From Zancudomyces culisetae HAW-14-8 (Eukaryota > Fungi > Kickxellomycota), in NCBI GenBank assembly GCA_052426225.1, contig JBNJNM010000008.1:682001-746000 (forward strand): DNA of 64,000 nt, read 5' to 3'. The notes under the pieces were generated by a model, which was not told the DNA's origin, ran no database searches, and worked only from the letters and a program-made list of their open reading frames with translations. The stretch's first letter is position 1. Each line of letters opens with the position of its first letter. Positions 38,669 through 51,902 of this stretch are shown in pieces. The position numbers and the translations under genes are program-made.

Positions 38669-39719
38669 ATGAGCTTTGGTCAGGTAAGCCCTCATATAAT
38701 ACGCCAATATGATGATCTGGGAAACTTGAAAACACATTCAATGAATAAAAATAGATTGTAATTGGGCCGCCTGGGTCAGGAAAAACTACATACTGTTATG
38801 GAATGTATCAATTTTTGAACGCGTTAAACAGGTATGGTGGAATGAGATATGTAGTTATCAATATTTACATCTACAGTGGAATCAAAATTTGATATTAAAA
38901 TTTGTGAAATGTTATAGGAAAACAATAATAATAAACATGGATCCAGCCAACGAAAAAGTCCCATATAAAAGTGACATCGACATTAACGAATTAATCAATA
39001 TCGACGATGTACAAGAGGAGTACGGTTTGGGACCAAATGGATCGCTCATGTACTGTATGGAATATTTGGAAAACAATATTTCTTGGCTATTGGAGAAACT
39101 CGAGAAGTATATCAAAGAGGAGTATTATTTGCTTTTTGATTTTCCAGGCCAAATCGAGTTTTTTACGCACCATGATTCGGTACAAAAAATAATCAAAGTG
39201 CTGGAAAAGGCAAAGATAAGATTGGCGTGTGTAAACTTGGTGGATTCAGTGTATTGTGGAGATGCCAGCAAATATATATCAGTTTTATTAATGACGCTAA
39301 CGACAATGATGAAAATGGAACTACCACAAATCAATGTGCTGTCAAAGATAGATAAAATCGAGAGTATGGGGAAACTAGGGTTTAATTTGGAGTATTACAC
39401 TCAAGTTATGGATCTTGAATACCTTTTGCAGCATCTGAATGCAACAACAAAGAACAGCAAATACTACAAGCTAAACCAACAAATGTGCGAGTTGGTGGAG
39501 GACTATGGAATGGTAGGATTTCAGGTGCTCAACGTGGAGGATAAGGAGCTGATGGCAGACCTAGTCAAAGAAGTTGACAAGGCGAATGGATACATCTACG
39601 GGGCGTTGGAAGGGGAGGGAAATGAAGAACAGGTGCTGAATGTGATGAGCAAAGCGGACGAGATGATTGGGGAGCGGGACAGAGAAGTGCAAGAAAGATA
39701 TGGAATAGGTAGGGATTGA
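38669..39719 (+). CDS. GPN2: GPN-loop GTPase 2 (2 introns)
   Basis: Spliced MSFGQ|[48 protein letters not shown] and INVLSKID. Confidence 0.92.
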
Positions 39720-39746
39720 GTGTGGAGTTGAAGAAAAAGAGGCTTC

Positions 39747-42733
39747 TTACATGCGGAAAACGCCAAACTCGCTGGACTTGGAGATGGGAGAGTAGTTTAG
39801 GCAAGCAGCAAGGGAAAGGCCCAACACAGACCTAGTGTGCTTGGGGTCGATGACACCATCATCCCACAGACGAGCTGATGAGTAGTATGGACTTCCTTCA
39901 TGTTCGTACTTGGCAACAATGTCGGCTTTGAAGCGGTCAAGATCAGCTTGTGGCCAGGACTTGCCAGAACGGGCTAGATTGTCGAGTCTGACTTGGGCCA
40001 ACACGTTTGCAGCCTGTTCGCCTCCCATCACCGAGATTCTGCTGTTTGGCCACATGTAAAGCATTCGAGGCGAGTAGGCACGGCCACACATTCCGTAGTT
40101 TCCTGCACCAAAGCTACCTCCGATAAGCACAGTTAGTTTGGGAACTTGAGCGCAAGACACAGCGGTGACCAGCTTTGCACCGTTTTTGGCTATTCCGGTG
40201 GCTTCGGCGTCTTTTCCTACCATGAATCCAGTGATGTTTTGCAAAAACACTAGTGGAATGCCTCTCTTTGAACACAGTTGAATAAAATGTGCGCCCTTCA
40301 GCGCAGACTCTGAAAATAGAATTCCATTGTTGGCAATAATACCTACAGGGTATCCGTGGATATGGGCAAACCCGGTCACCAGAGTAGTCCCGTAGTATTC
40401 CTTGAATTCCATGAACCGACTTCCATCAACTATTCTGGCAATGATTTGTCTTGAGTCTATCATTTTTCTTAAATTGTCACCTACGATCCCACCAATCTCG
40501 TCTGCGCTGTATAGTGGCTCCTCTATCTTTTCCTGAACACCAACCTTCTTGATGTTTAGTGTGGATACTATGTTTCGAGCAATACTCAATGCGTGGGCGT
40601 CGTTTTGAGCATAATGATCCGTTACTCCTGATCGTTTACCTGTTTGTTGTTATTTTTACCAAATCAATTTCCTTTTTTTAGACTTTTGTTTATTTCCAGA
40701 TAGATGTAGAATCGCTAGTTTTAACTTTTTATCAAAGAACTTTCACGTTATAACTTTACTTACAATGAAGATCTGCTCCTCCCAATTCTTCTGCAGTTAC
40801 AACTTCGCCTGTTGCTGCTTTTACCAATGGTGGTCCTCCCAAAAACACTGTCCCTTGGTTCCTTACTATGACACTTTCGTCTGCCATTGCTGGAACATAT
40901 GCGCCTCCCGCCGTACATGAGCCCAACACTACTGCTATTTGCGGTATTCCCTGTGCCGACATTGTTGCCTTTTTTTACATATATACCATTTCATTATTTT
41001 AGTTTTGTAATTTTTAAGCGTTTATTTGTTTTTACTATTATTATTATCATTATTATTATTATTAAATTATTGCTTGTCATGTTTCAGTAGTTACCTGGTT
41101 GTAAAATATCCTTCCAAAATGCTCTCTATCTGGAAACACCTCTCCCTGATGCGGCAGATTAGCCCCACCTGAATCAACTATTTACATGTTCATTTTTGTC
41201 AATGTTTGGATTACCTTTTTATTTCGCTCCATACACTGTCGACTCGTACAACACACATTCACTTGTTCATGTCACTTTGATAATTCCATATTAATTGCTG
41301 ATTACTTACCCAGGTAGATACATGGCAGTTTGTTCTCTTTTGCTATTTCCTGTGCTCTCAGATGTTTCTTGACTAAAATAAACACATATTTTTGTACAAA
41401 CAGTTAAGCGCTGCTCACACACTTTACTTTCCATATTCAATGCTTGTGCAATTTACCTGTTATGGGATAGTATGTTCCTCCCTAATCAGTCATATATATA
41501 ATATGGACATAAAAGTTAGAAAATAGTACGTTAATCATTCCAGCTTTATATCCATTAGGCGCGTATCTAGATCCTTGAGATTTACAACTTGGAAAGAATA
41601 AACCAAAAAATGAAACAGGAATGGTAAAAAGAAAAGAAAAAGAAAAAGAAAAGCAATAACCATACATACCTTCACTGTAGGATCATTACATACAATCATA
41701 CACTCAACCCTATTTTACAATCAGGCATTCATCAATCTGTTTGTCATGAAAAATTTCATTTTTATTTTAACGCCAAAACCGTTCAAAATATAAACCTACC
41801 TACTGACTCTTCCTATTCCTGTGATAATTCCTCCTCCTGGTATATCTTCATCGTATAGTTTATATCCGGCCAGCTGCGAAAATTCCAAAAAAGGTGATCT
41901 ATTATAATTTTAATTGTAAGTGCATGTAGTGTGTTAGTTCACCAAGTCCAAGGATCACCACTAGTTATTATAGCCCTTCTCGAGAAATTTGGCAATATTT
42001 AAAACCTTTCTTACCCAACATCCAGTAGTCGATTAACTCTAATGTTATTCGAAATATGAAAAAATGGTGTTAGCTCATGATACTTCAATGCGGCTAGATA
42101 AAAGCGCGCCTGCTACTTAAATGTACAATTCACATCAAACAGCGTAGCCATGTGTTTTTATTACAATATCTTGAATGAAAGAAATACCTTTCTCTGGGCA
42201 ACAATTTATTCCTCGACAAATGCTTTGCAATGGCCTTCTCACCTCCACCTATTATTTATTTTTTATTGATAAAGTGCGTCGAGGTAAGTATTTGCGACGA
42301 GAACAAACGCCTACTCTCGGCTCCAACTACAACTGTAGCCGAAACGCAATTTTGTATCTAACGCTGGTGTATCTGCTTTGTACTAACTCTTTTGGTAAGT
42401 ATAACTTGCCTTTGGAAATATTCTCAATGTTTTTGTTCAACTCTCCAACCAATGCTTCCATTTTTTGTCTGTTTTCCTATATTAATTAGGCCATTGAGTA
42501 CATAAAAAGTGGGTTCAATCATACTCCAACCTTCAAATCACTGGATATAAAAGTACCTTAAATTCCTTTGACCTAACATCCACTGTGTTTGGAATTACTG
42601 TAGAATCTGCATCGGAAACATATCCAATAGTCCGTATTCCACCACCACTCAAGGCCCATGAATTTCTATGCAGACTCGTTCTCAGCAACTGATTCCTTTT
42701 CAAGAGGTTGGTTGAAATCCTTAGACTGTTCAT
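39747..42733 (-). CDS. MCCC2: 3-methylcrotonyl-CoA carboxylase beta subunit, mitochondrial (~11 exons)
   Basis: Arg-rich presequence; exons [30 protein letters not shown]|GGTYYPIT|[43 protein letters not shown] and FGVFRM*. Confidence 0.95.
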
Positions 42734-43743
42734 TTTTGTGTTTTTCTTGTTTTTCTCTCTTTTCTTGTTTTCTTTTTGTGCTTGTGCTTGTGCTTATTAT
42801 CTCTGTAGTCTGGTACTTTATAATTAGTTTCGTTATCTGTAGCTATATAATATATATATATATATATGTACTATATAAATTAATAATATTCTGCTTTTCG
42901 ACTTTATATTTACGCAGTTTTAAGTGTGAAACTATTAATGGTCATGAAGCCTTGTTTATCTTTTGACTTCGTTTATTTATTTTCCGGTTTTAGTGGCTTT
43001 GCACTCACATTCATGGATTTCCTAATAAAGCGGGGCTACATCTACTTGCTACACCTGAGCTAAAATTACAAATACCCCCCAATTCATTTGAAATCCAGCA
43101 AATTAAGCAATAATGACAGAGGTTGGATGAATGGATGAATGAATGGATGGATGGGTCAAAGCTTCTCCAATAATTTTACCAATCCCTAATATTTTGATTA
43201 GGAAATTTACCTGAATCCTTAAAACCAAAAAAAAAAAACATTTAGTATACACTTCAACCGCTAAGGAAAGAAAAAAAGATTAAACGCATTTTATTAATGT
43301 ATTGTAAGAATACCAACATAAACTAATCAAGGGTCTTGTTCTTTTATGCTCTTCTTTTCCAATACTGCATCGAATGGAACTATGTACAATGTATATGAAC
43401 GATGCAGTGAAAATATTTCTAATTATATGACTAGGCTGCAGGGGCTACGATCCGGGCACGTTGGTAACTTGGCGCTTTAAAGTTACTTTTGTAATATACC
43501 TGCAGGTCTTTTAGCAAACCTATCCTGGGCTTGTGAATTAAATGTGTTTTTTACCATTTCCTATATCATCATTTTAGCTTATGCTATTTCTTTGGTGGAT
43601 TTTATGAGTGTAAAAATAAAACGCATCTCCTCAAATGTATAGCGTAGCTTATATAAATACAACCTTTGAAAAAATGGGACATGTTTCCGACAAGCATTCA
43701 AACCTACAATGCGGCCTTTTTGAGTTTGTGTTTAAATAGGACT

Positions 43744-43832
43744 AAAATCAAAAACAAAAACAAAAACAAAAACAAAGATATAGAGAAAGAGAAAGAGAAA
43801 ATCATGGCACTGATAGTGATAGTGATAGTGAT
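43744..43832. repeat. Compound hexamer microsatellite
   Basis: (aaaaac)n, then (gagaaa)n, then (tgatag)n. Confidence 0.7.
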
Positions 43833-44654
43833 TGATCAGTCTTTTATATACGACAAGCCATCTTTGTGTACAGCTAGGCTACAGGCAGATACATTTGAAG
43901 TTTCACAGTTTGTTTTATATTAAATACGCACTTAGAATTGGTATTTTTAGTACCATGCCGCTGTAATTTCTTATTCACCAACCGTATACAGCTATGATTG
44001 CAACTTTTACACACCTCGACTGGGCATATAAAGAGCTGAACAAACTATTTTATCAATACTTCTCTTCACTGCTTATATCGAGTTTCTATTCATTTATTCA
44101 TTCTCTGGCTTTTTTCGTTTTATTCTGAGGTCAGAATGTGTGTAAATAAGTGCGAATGTTCACAAATAAAATCCAAATATTCCAATTAAAAAAATGACCG
44201 CGTTTTTTTTATTTTATTCAAACTGCTGTTTTCAATTACTCGCCAATAGTTTTCTGATACGCAACTAAATAAAATTGTGGATTCTTGAGGATTCCATTTC
44301 AATTTCCACGTTAAATTCAAACTGAGAATACATAAAAATATAAAATAAATACGACTATACAAACTTAAGAATTAGGATTGGTGTCGACAATTGTTTAAAA
44401 ACTTAGAGCAAGGTAAATGTCTTCCTATACTATACATTATATTATTTACCAACTATTTGCTTGTATCTTACGTTTACAACTTTATGATATTAAGCTTTTA
44501 TTTTGGCAACAAAACTAATTGATAAGTTCAATTCGTTTATATCCCTAGTCAACTCACATCCTTTTCTAACAAACTCCAATAATTTTTTGAATATTTAAAG
44601 GGAAAGTCATTTCAAAGGCCAGAATCAGCACTTATCTTTTTATACCACACAAAA

Positions 44655-45095
44655 ATGAGCAGCACAAGTTCCGAAAAAATGAACGAGGAATCATCTACAC
44701 TCATCAACAGATCAAAGGCTTCGACATCAAGGACGCCAGAACGGGAAGTGAAAAAGACTTCACGCAAAACTGGAAGTTCTAGGACATTTATGAAATTGTA
44801 CACCGAAGACTCGCCCGGTTTGAAAGTGTAAGTTCTGTTCCGATAAAATAAATTATTTTGTGCTCAGCTTCCTGGCTTTAAATCTTATAGTAAAATTACG
44901 GCTACCATATAAATTGGGAAAACAAGCACTTTTTTTGTAGATTTTACCTATTTGACAATATATTGCACACATCCTAATCCTTATACTCTGTATGAATGCA
45001 CAAATAGCGATCCTGTTGTATTAACGGTCATGTGTCTGGTGTTTATTGCGTCTGTCTTTCTTTTGCACCTATACGGAAAATTCATTAGAGGGTAA
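44655..45095 (+). CDS. SEC61B: Protein translocon subunit Sec61 beta; intron ~44828-45007
   Basis: TFMKLYTEDSPGLKV|DPVVLTVMCLVFIASVFLLHLYGKFIRG*. Not in the ORF track because of the intron. Confidence 0.92.
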
Positions 45096-45298
45096 AGCCA
45101 TCCTCAGGATATTGGCACTGTTAAGACCACTTGCCATTTGTGTATTCTTCACCACCAAACTGGCAAAAAACTATATCCATGTCTATACTTAACGTCGTTT
45201 TTTCTTTTGTTTATTAATAATACATGTAAAAACTGTGCTCTATGATTTTCTTTTTACAGAGACAATATATGATATTTCAATACACAGGCGTGTCCAAA

Positions 45299-46328
45299 CT
45301 AGCCCATTCCTGTCCATGATAGAGTATTGCAGCAGATTTTTCCAAGTTTTGGGTTCAAGTAGCATAAAAGCCTATTTTTTTTTACACCAGTACCCACCCT
45401 CCCAAGAGCAATCAGGTCCATGCTGCTAATGGCGTCATTGTAACCCACCAAGGTTGCTATGTAGTTGGAATGGTATCTCATAGGATCACCTATTTTATTT
45501 TTTTGTGGTATACGTTGTTTTTTATAACTGATTTTATAATGCAATTCATCAGGATTGCAAGGCCAGAATTAAATTCAGGATAGTCATGCTACTGCTTTTT
45601 ACATCCCAAACGAAAGATAGCCATGGTAGCTTACCTGGGTACACAAGAAAGTCTCCTCCAAACTTAAGTCCGGCTGTCAGATAGTATCCCCTTGCCCTCA
45701 GCTCCTTAAATAACTCAAGTTTCAATCTTTGATTTTCATTTCGTGGCCAGGTCCATCCATCCTGAGCATTTTCATTGTCAATACTATCAGAAGCCAGTGT
45801 GGCGCTTGCATTTAATCCGCCAAATACTAATTCGTCCGTAATCTTGGTGTTTAAAATGCTATTTCTTGTTGTCTCCACGTCGATCACTCCTAATATATAT
45901 ATTTAGAAAATTTGATTTTTTAGTTTTTTGGATTGATAAGCAAAATGGCAAGTACATTTATTCGAAAAATTGTAGATTTCTCAAAGAAACCTCAGATAAT
46001 TACCTTCTTCTATTAATATGGTCACCTCTTCAGGCATCAGCACTAAAGGCAACCCCAGAAATGTGTTTTGCATGGGTTTTTGAGGTAGTGATCCTACTAG
46101 CCCACCAACAATCCGATACTTTTTTCGCAAAACCTCGACATCTAAATTTGGGTTTTTTTTTTGCTTCTTGTTAGGAATAAAATTCAATAGTAACTGTCTC
46201 TGTGCATGGCATACAAGTCAAGTAAAAAACGCATGATTGATATATCTAGACTCACCCTTTGGATCCCACACATATCCGTTATCCTTTGATATGATAACTT
46301 TGATTTTTTCTTTTGATGTATCATCCAT
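45299..46328 (-). CDS. SEN34: tRNA-splicing endonuclease catalytic subunit Sen34 (4 exons)
   Basis: LRKKYRIVGGLVGSLPQKPMQNTFLGLPLVLMPEEV, GYYLTAGLKFGGDFLVYPG|DPMRYHS and GRVGTGVKK, giving the Tyr/His/Lys catalytic triad. Confidence 0.92.
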
Positions 46329-46555
46329 TTCGTCATAAACGCAACAATCAAACAATGAATCTAAACATACTCTTGTAAATCGCTGGGTTTTCCAAAAAAT
46401 TGGAAATACAAAAGCCCTAGTATACACTTTGAATTCAAGGCTCAAAACAGAAGTCACAAAGGCTTATCTCCAAATCGATTGGTTTGTGGTGAAAGAGACA
46501 AGTTTTAACAACTTTTTTTAATTTGTGTGGAGTTTGATGCGTTCTTTTAATTTTG

Positions 46556-46586
46556 GGTCTGATAGCTTGGTCTGATAGCTTGGTCT
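46556..46586. repeat. 13-bp direct duplication in the SEN34/SAM50 divergent promoter
   Basis: ggtctgatagctt x2 followed by ggtct. Confidence 0.8.
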
Positions 46587-46847
46587 AAAATCTGGGCAAT
46601 TTAAAGAAAAAAGCTCAATTATTTTTTTTTATCAACACATAAATAGTACAGGTAATTTTATCTTTGATTTGGCTTTTTTCAGAAAACTCTTATTTATTGA
46701 GCTTTGAATTTCAAAGCAAAAACATACAGCTAGTCAATAGAACCAAACAAGAGAGTGCCACACGTATAGCTAAATACTTTGTTTTTGAATAACTATCACA
46801 ATACTCTTGGAATCAGCAAAGTAGAAATCTGAATAGAGCTGACAAAG

Positions 46848-48883
46848 ATGCGCGTGTATACATCTAATGACAAGATTGACGATGATCTCTTCTTATCCAG
46901 AGGACTGGTTGAAGAGGTTCAACAGGAACCGAATGTATGTTGTGTTTTAGCTTTATTAATTAGCATAGTTTTTTAAACTGGTGTCACCAAATGTGAGATT
47001 AACTTTTTTGTTTGTGTGTTGTCTCTGTATTATTTCATGCAACCCATATCATATTTTTATCATACCCCACCCTCTACCTTTTTCTTACTTAAAAGCATCA
47101 CAAAAACTCTATTAAAAAAAAATAGGTTAATAGCGAAAAAGGGATAGTTGTAGATTCATTGTCGGTTAATGGATTAAGTAAGGTCCGGTCAGGTGTGCTA
47201 AATGGTGTAATTGATGGGGTTCTACGGGCAAAAACTATACACGAGTTGGCGTTAGAAGCGAACCAGGCCGCAGCACGGCTTAAACAGTTAGATATTGCAG
47301 AAGACGTCGAAGTTTTTATATACAATTCTTCTAGTGGCCACAACTACAAAAGTGGTGCAGTGGGAACCGAAGTTTTATTCGAATGCCAAGATAAAAAAAG
47401 AAAAATGATTAGAACAGGAACATCTATTAGCCAAGGGCATATTAAAGGGGTAAGAGATGTGTTGATATTTTCTTACCAGTTTTAATCGTGCCTGTAGCCC
47501 AATTTTGGGCTAGTCTTTGCAAACGTTTTTTATAATTAATAATTATATTTTAACTAACACAACAAAGGGACTATTCGGGAAAATTCGAAACGTTTTTGGT
47601 GGAGGTGAATACCTAGAAGCATCCTATAGTGTTGGAAATAGAAATGGAACGGCAATTCAAGGGAGATTTACCACACCGATCAACGGCAATCCATTCAGAT
47701 TATTTGATCTGAACGTATTCCAGGATTCCAATGACTTTACTCAAAGCAGTAGCTATAGAGAAGTTGCGCGAGGAATCAATCTCTCTTTAAAGGTAAATTA
47801 CTGGTTGTGTTTATAGTTTTGCTTTAAGCGATATGTGTTTCTATTTCTTGGTATTAATTGTACATCCGTAAAACTACTAATCTATATTTGGCTCATGTAG
47901 AAAATTGGGATAGGCAAGAACCACGAGTTTAACTATACTTATTCTTGGAGGAATATCTGTGATCTCGGAAACAAAGCATCACAAAGGTATGTTATAAAAA
48001 TCAACTTGTCTACATTAATTGGTTTGTAGCGGAAAATTGACATTTCTATTTGTTCATATAGCATAAGAGAGGAAGCTGGGAATCACGTGAAATCGTCACT
48101 TTCATATTTATATTCCCGGGATACTATCAGTTTACACCCTGAACCATCAGGTGGACATCTATTCAAACTATTCACGGAATACGCTGGCTTCGGTGGCGTT
48201 AACTTTCACAAGACACAACTTGACAGTGCTCTTGAGCTTCCGCTGGGAAGAGGGTGGTATGTAGATTTAATTGCTCGTGGAGGGCTGGCGATTCCGATTA
48301 GAAATAGCAAAATAGGAATTTCGGATAGGTTTTTCTTGGGCGGCTCGACTTCACTAAGGGGCTACCAATATCGAGGTGTAGGACCAATGGACCACAAGGA
48401 TAGTTTGGGTGGAAACATTTTTGGTGCTTTGAGTTTAACTCTGCTTGGACCTGTACCTTCTGTTGAAACAAAGAGATTAAAATCTCAGCTTTGGATCAAT
48501 GGAGGCCAGCTGGCACTATGGGAAAACAGTAAGTTATTTTTTTCTAGACAGTTCTTCTATGTCACCCATTACTCCCTATTTTTGATTGATTTGGTATTGG
48601 TACCTTGCGGAATTGGTTCTTTAATTTTCTATAAAAAAATGTTAAAAAAGCGGATAAGAAAAAAAAAGCTAAAACGATCAAATAAACTAAAATAGATAAA
48701 CCATCAATGGAGCTAGTCAAAAGGTCGTTTAGCCGCCCTAGTGTATCTACAGGGGTGGGCCTCTTGTACCAGTTTGGCGCGATTAGGTTGGAGCTTAACT
48801 ATTGCTTACCCATTTCTGTAACAAGTACAGACAAGCTGAACCCCGGATTCCAGTTTGGTCTGGGAATAAATTACGGACAATGA
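46848..48883 (+). CDS. SAM50: Mitochondrial SAM complex core subunit Sam50 (Omp85 family), multi-exon
   Basis: POTRA-like segment, RNVFGGGEYLEASYS, IREEAGNHVKSSL, DRFFLGGSTSLRGYQYRGVGP and last exon RLELNYCLPI...FQFGLGINYGQ*. Confidence 0.88.
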
Positions 48884-48900
48884 TTATACTTGTGGCTAAC

Positions 48901-49912
48901 CTAGCGGGTATTTTCTCTGACTTTCTTTTTATATTGCATTGGGCTTATGTGCTCGCCAGCTTTCTGTGACCATACTCCCTTTTTTTGGAGTCTATGTGAT
49001 TTTATACATTGTATCATTTTTATATATTCAGATCGATGTATAATAGACTACTATTAATAAAACGATACATACTTTGCTGTTTCCTGTAATCTCAGAAAGG
49101 TGTCTTTTTTCCCTTGATATTGCGCCCCACCTCCTGTGTATACTTCGGCCAATCCCTCTTTTAATAGCTTTTCTGATAAATCCTTTTTTATGAAATACCA
49201 TTTGTGGTAATACACCGCACATACCAACCTTTGGTACTGGTCTTTACTCAAGGGCACCAATGTCACCTTTTTATTCATCAGTAGTTTCTGAACAAATTCC
49301 TTTGATTCTTTGGCAAATGGTTGCTCTGGATTTCCAAAGTGCCCCATTTCTGGCGCATCAACACCATACACTCTTATCAGCATCGAGTGTTCTGATAGCT
49401 TCAGCTTTGGTCCACCAGTACTTTTTTTTCTTCGCTCGCCTTCTGATTTACCCGACCATGGGCCGCTCAGTTTTTCGATCTCCTCTTTATATTTGGGATT
49501 AAAACTAAATGTAGGGGTATGGTAAAATCTTATTGTATCTCCATCGGCAACATTAACTACGGTTCCACGAAGTTTAGAATTTTTCAAATATTTGTCTGGT
49601 AGTTCCTGTGAGGTGCGGTATCTCTTAAATTTGTACATTTCCAAATACTTTACCAACAAGATGATTCCTGTTGCTAGTACTAACTTCACAAAGAGCTTCA
49701 CTTTCTCTCTATCGAGATCGTTGTTCAGATCCTATGTTAATTTTAATTAAATTCTTTATAACTCTTGGTAGTATGTTCCACTATGTATCGTGTTCGCTTT
49801 TTTTTTATCGGCCATACAGGATGTTTTTCTTTAAAAAATTGGTACTAGTATCCTGGATACTTACTTGTTCTGTATGGAACAGGTTAAGTCTGAAAAATGG
49901 AACCCTATGCAT
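48901..49912 (-). CDS. LCL3: LCL3-type staphylococcal (SNase) endonuclease with N-terminal TM segment; first exon/start uncertain
   Basis: VADGDTIRFYHTP, IRVYGVDAPEMGHFGNPEQPF, DQYQRLV, LLKEGLAEVY; spliced last exon KKGVWSQ...ISPMQYKKK*. Confidence 0.85.
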
Positions 49913-51837
49913 AGATGCTACATAGGCAAATAGTATGCATAACGTATCTCTTGAGAAACAAAGTTAAATAGGCATTGAGAAACGAGTTTGCGCTTCAAAT
50001 AGTAATTTGTTTGGCAGTTTATGCACATTGAAAACCACGTTTAGCAAAAAACTGACCCGTTGATTTTTTTTGTGCTTCTGAGTGGAGAAATTTAGCTGCG
50101 ATCTTTATTTTTCTCAGTTCAAGCTACAACCCAATTTGGCAGAACCAATAAAACACTGACCAATAGCGTTGTTCAATTTCGCGAAAACATTGCAATTAAA
50201 AACGATGCTTTCCTTGCATTGTTTCCTTGAAACTTGACTCTTAACTTTCTCCCAAACTTAGTATTCTCAGTCAAATGAGCATGTAGCAACACTGGGCAAA
50301 GAGTTTAAGGCTTAAGCATGGAACACATAAGAATCAACACCAAACACGACAATATCCGCCTGCTTCATCTCTAGAAGATTTTGAAAAATTTACAATGTAA
50401 ATAGGGTGAATTTCTAGGGTGGGAAATTTTTTTCCTGAACGGATAAAACACTTGTTTTGCCATTTGAAGCATATAACAAACTTAATAGAACCTCTTTATC
50501 AGTATTATTATCCGCTGAAATACAAGTAATGCTACTTGGGGTGTACTAAAAACGTTTAAATAAAATAAAATAAAATAAAATAAAACACCACGATTACCTA
50601 CTGTACCCAGCAAAGCCCACACCCTTTACTCACTATCTTACAGTTCACACTTGCTCTTTCAGTCAATATCGTACTAAAAACTCAACATTGCTAGCTTTGT
50701 TGTTTTTTAAAAGACTTTGTTTCCAAATTCGAACTCGGATCCGGGTTTTTCTGTAGCAATACGGCCACAAGCGTGTAGGTATTATAACATTAGTCATCAG
50801 ATTACCGGTCTACAAGCATCACCTATTCTTCCTATCGATGAAATGATGCGTGACCCTAGCTATTATTGTGGTAGCAGATGGGTGGTATCAGTATGAGTTT
50901 TTTTTTGTCTATTTCTGCATGTGGTAACTAATGCTTGGGTTGGGATCGACTCAAACTGCCAATTCACAAATATTTAGCCCCCTCATCTCCATTTTAAACT
51001 ATTATAAGCCTTAGTGTCCATATAATTAAACGATACATTGTGCTTGACTTCAAAATATGTTAAAATACCTGAGGATAAGTCATGCATTTATTTTGCAACC
51101 TCATAAACGAAAGAAGTTTATTGTTTTGAGAATCCCACTGATATTTATCCCGTATTTTAACATCTACTGTTAAATGCCTGCTACCCCCCTGTCGTTTCTA
51201 ACAGTCTCTACAATGTGATGGGCTTTTAAGGATATTGTTCAAAAAACCTTGCAATTGAATAGTAGTGAAAACACATGGTTAATATCAGGTAAAACAGTAG
51301 AGTTTAGCCAAATGATTTCATGGTATTGTTGAAAGTAATAAATATGGTACGACATTGGGAAAATAACCACCAAAATTCGGATTATGACTCCGGTTCTTGT
51401 GAATGTTAAAGTCACCAATAAGTGAGCATGAATGAGTGTATGCGTTTGTAATACAGATACATATGTTGGGAATATGCCAAGTCTGTGTATAACTTGGTGG
51501 TAGTCGTATGTTATTGACTTTTTCATCAACATAAGCTTCCCACTTTCATGTTTAGAGCTTTATGGTTGAATTTATCACCCAATTCTCTGATATTAATAAC
51601 AAGTACATAGTCTTATTTCAAGTTTATACACTCTATATTTAACTGAATCTGCATACTGCTATTCTGCTAGGGGTAAAAGTTGGAACTATGGATAATGATT
51701 TGTTGATTGCAAAAGGTGGATCAACCCTACCCTCACTGGAGCTTTGGGGGTAAAATGAAAATTAGAGGTTATCGATTTCTACCTGTTTCGCTTTTGTTTT
51801 AAATTTAATATGTTCGAGTTTTAATGTATATCCCAAC

Positions 51838-51902
51838 TCTAAAACAAACATCTAAAACAAACATCTAAAACAAATGTCTAAAACAAATGTCTAAAACAAA
51901 AA
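51838..51902. repeat. 13-bp minisatellite, 5 units
   Basis: tctaaaacaaa(ca/ca/tg/tg/aa) x5. Confidence 0.9.

Noticed and set aside
50883-50891. TGGTATCAG, resembling a tRNA-Met primer-binding site
   Set aside because: Short match, with no adjacent LTR end or retroelement ORF.
51838-51902. Repeat array as CRISPR
   Set aside because: Contiguous 13-bp units without spacers in a eukaryotic genome; it is a minisatellite.
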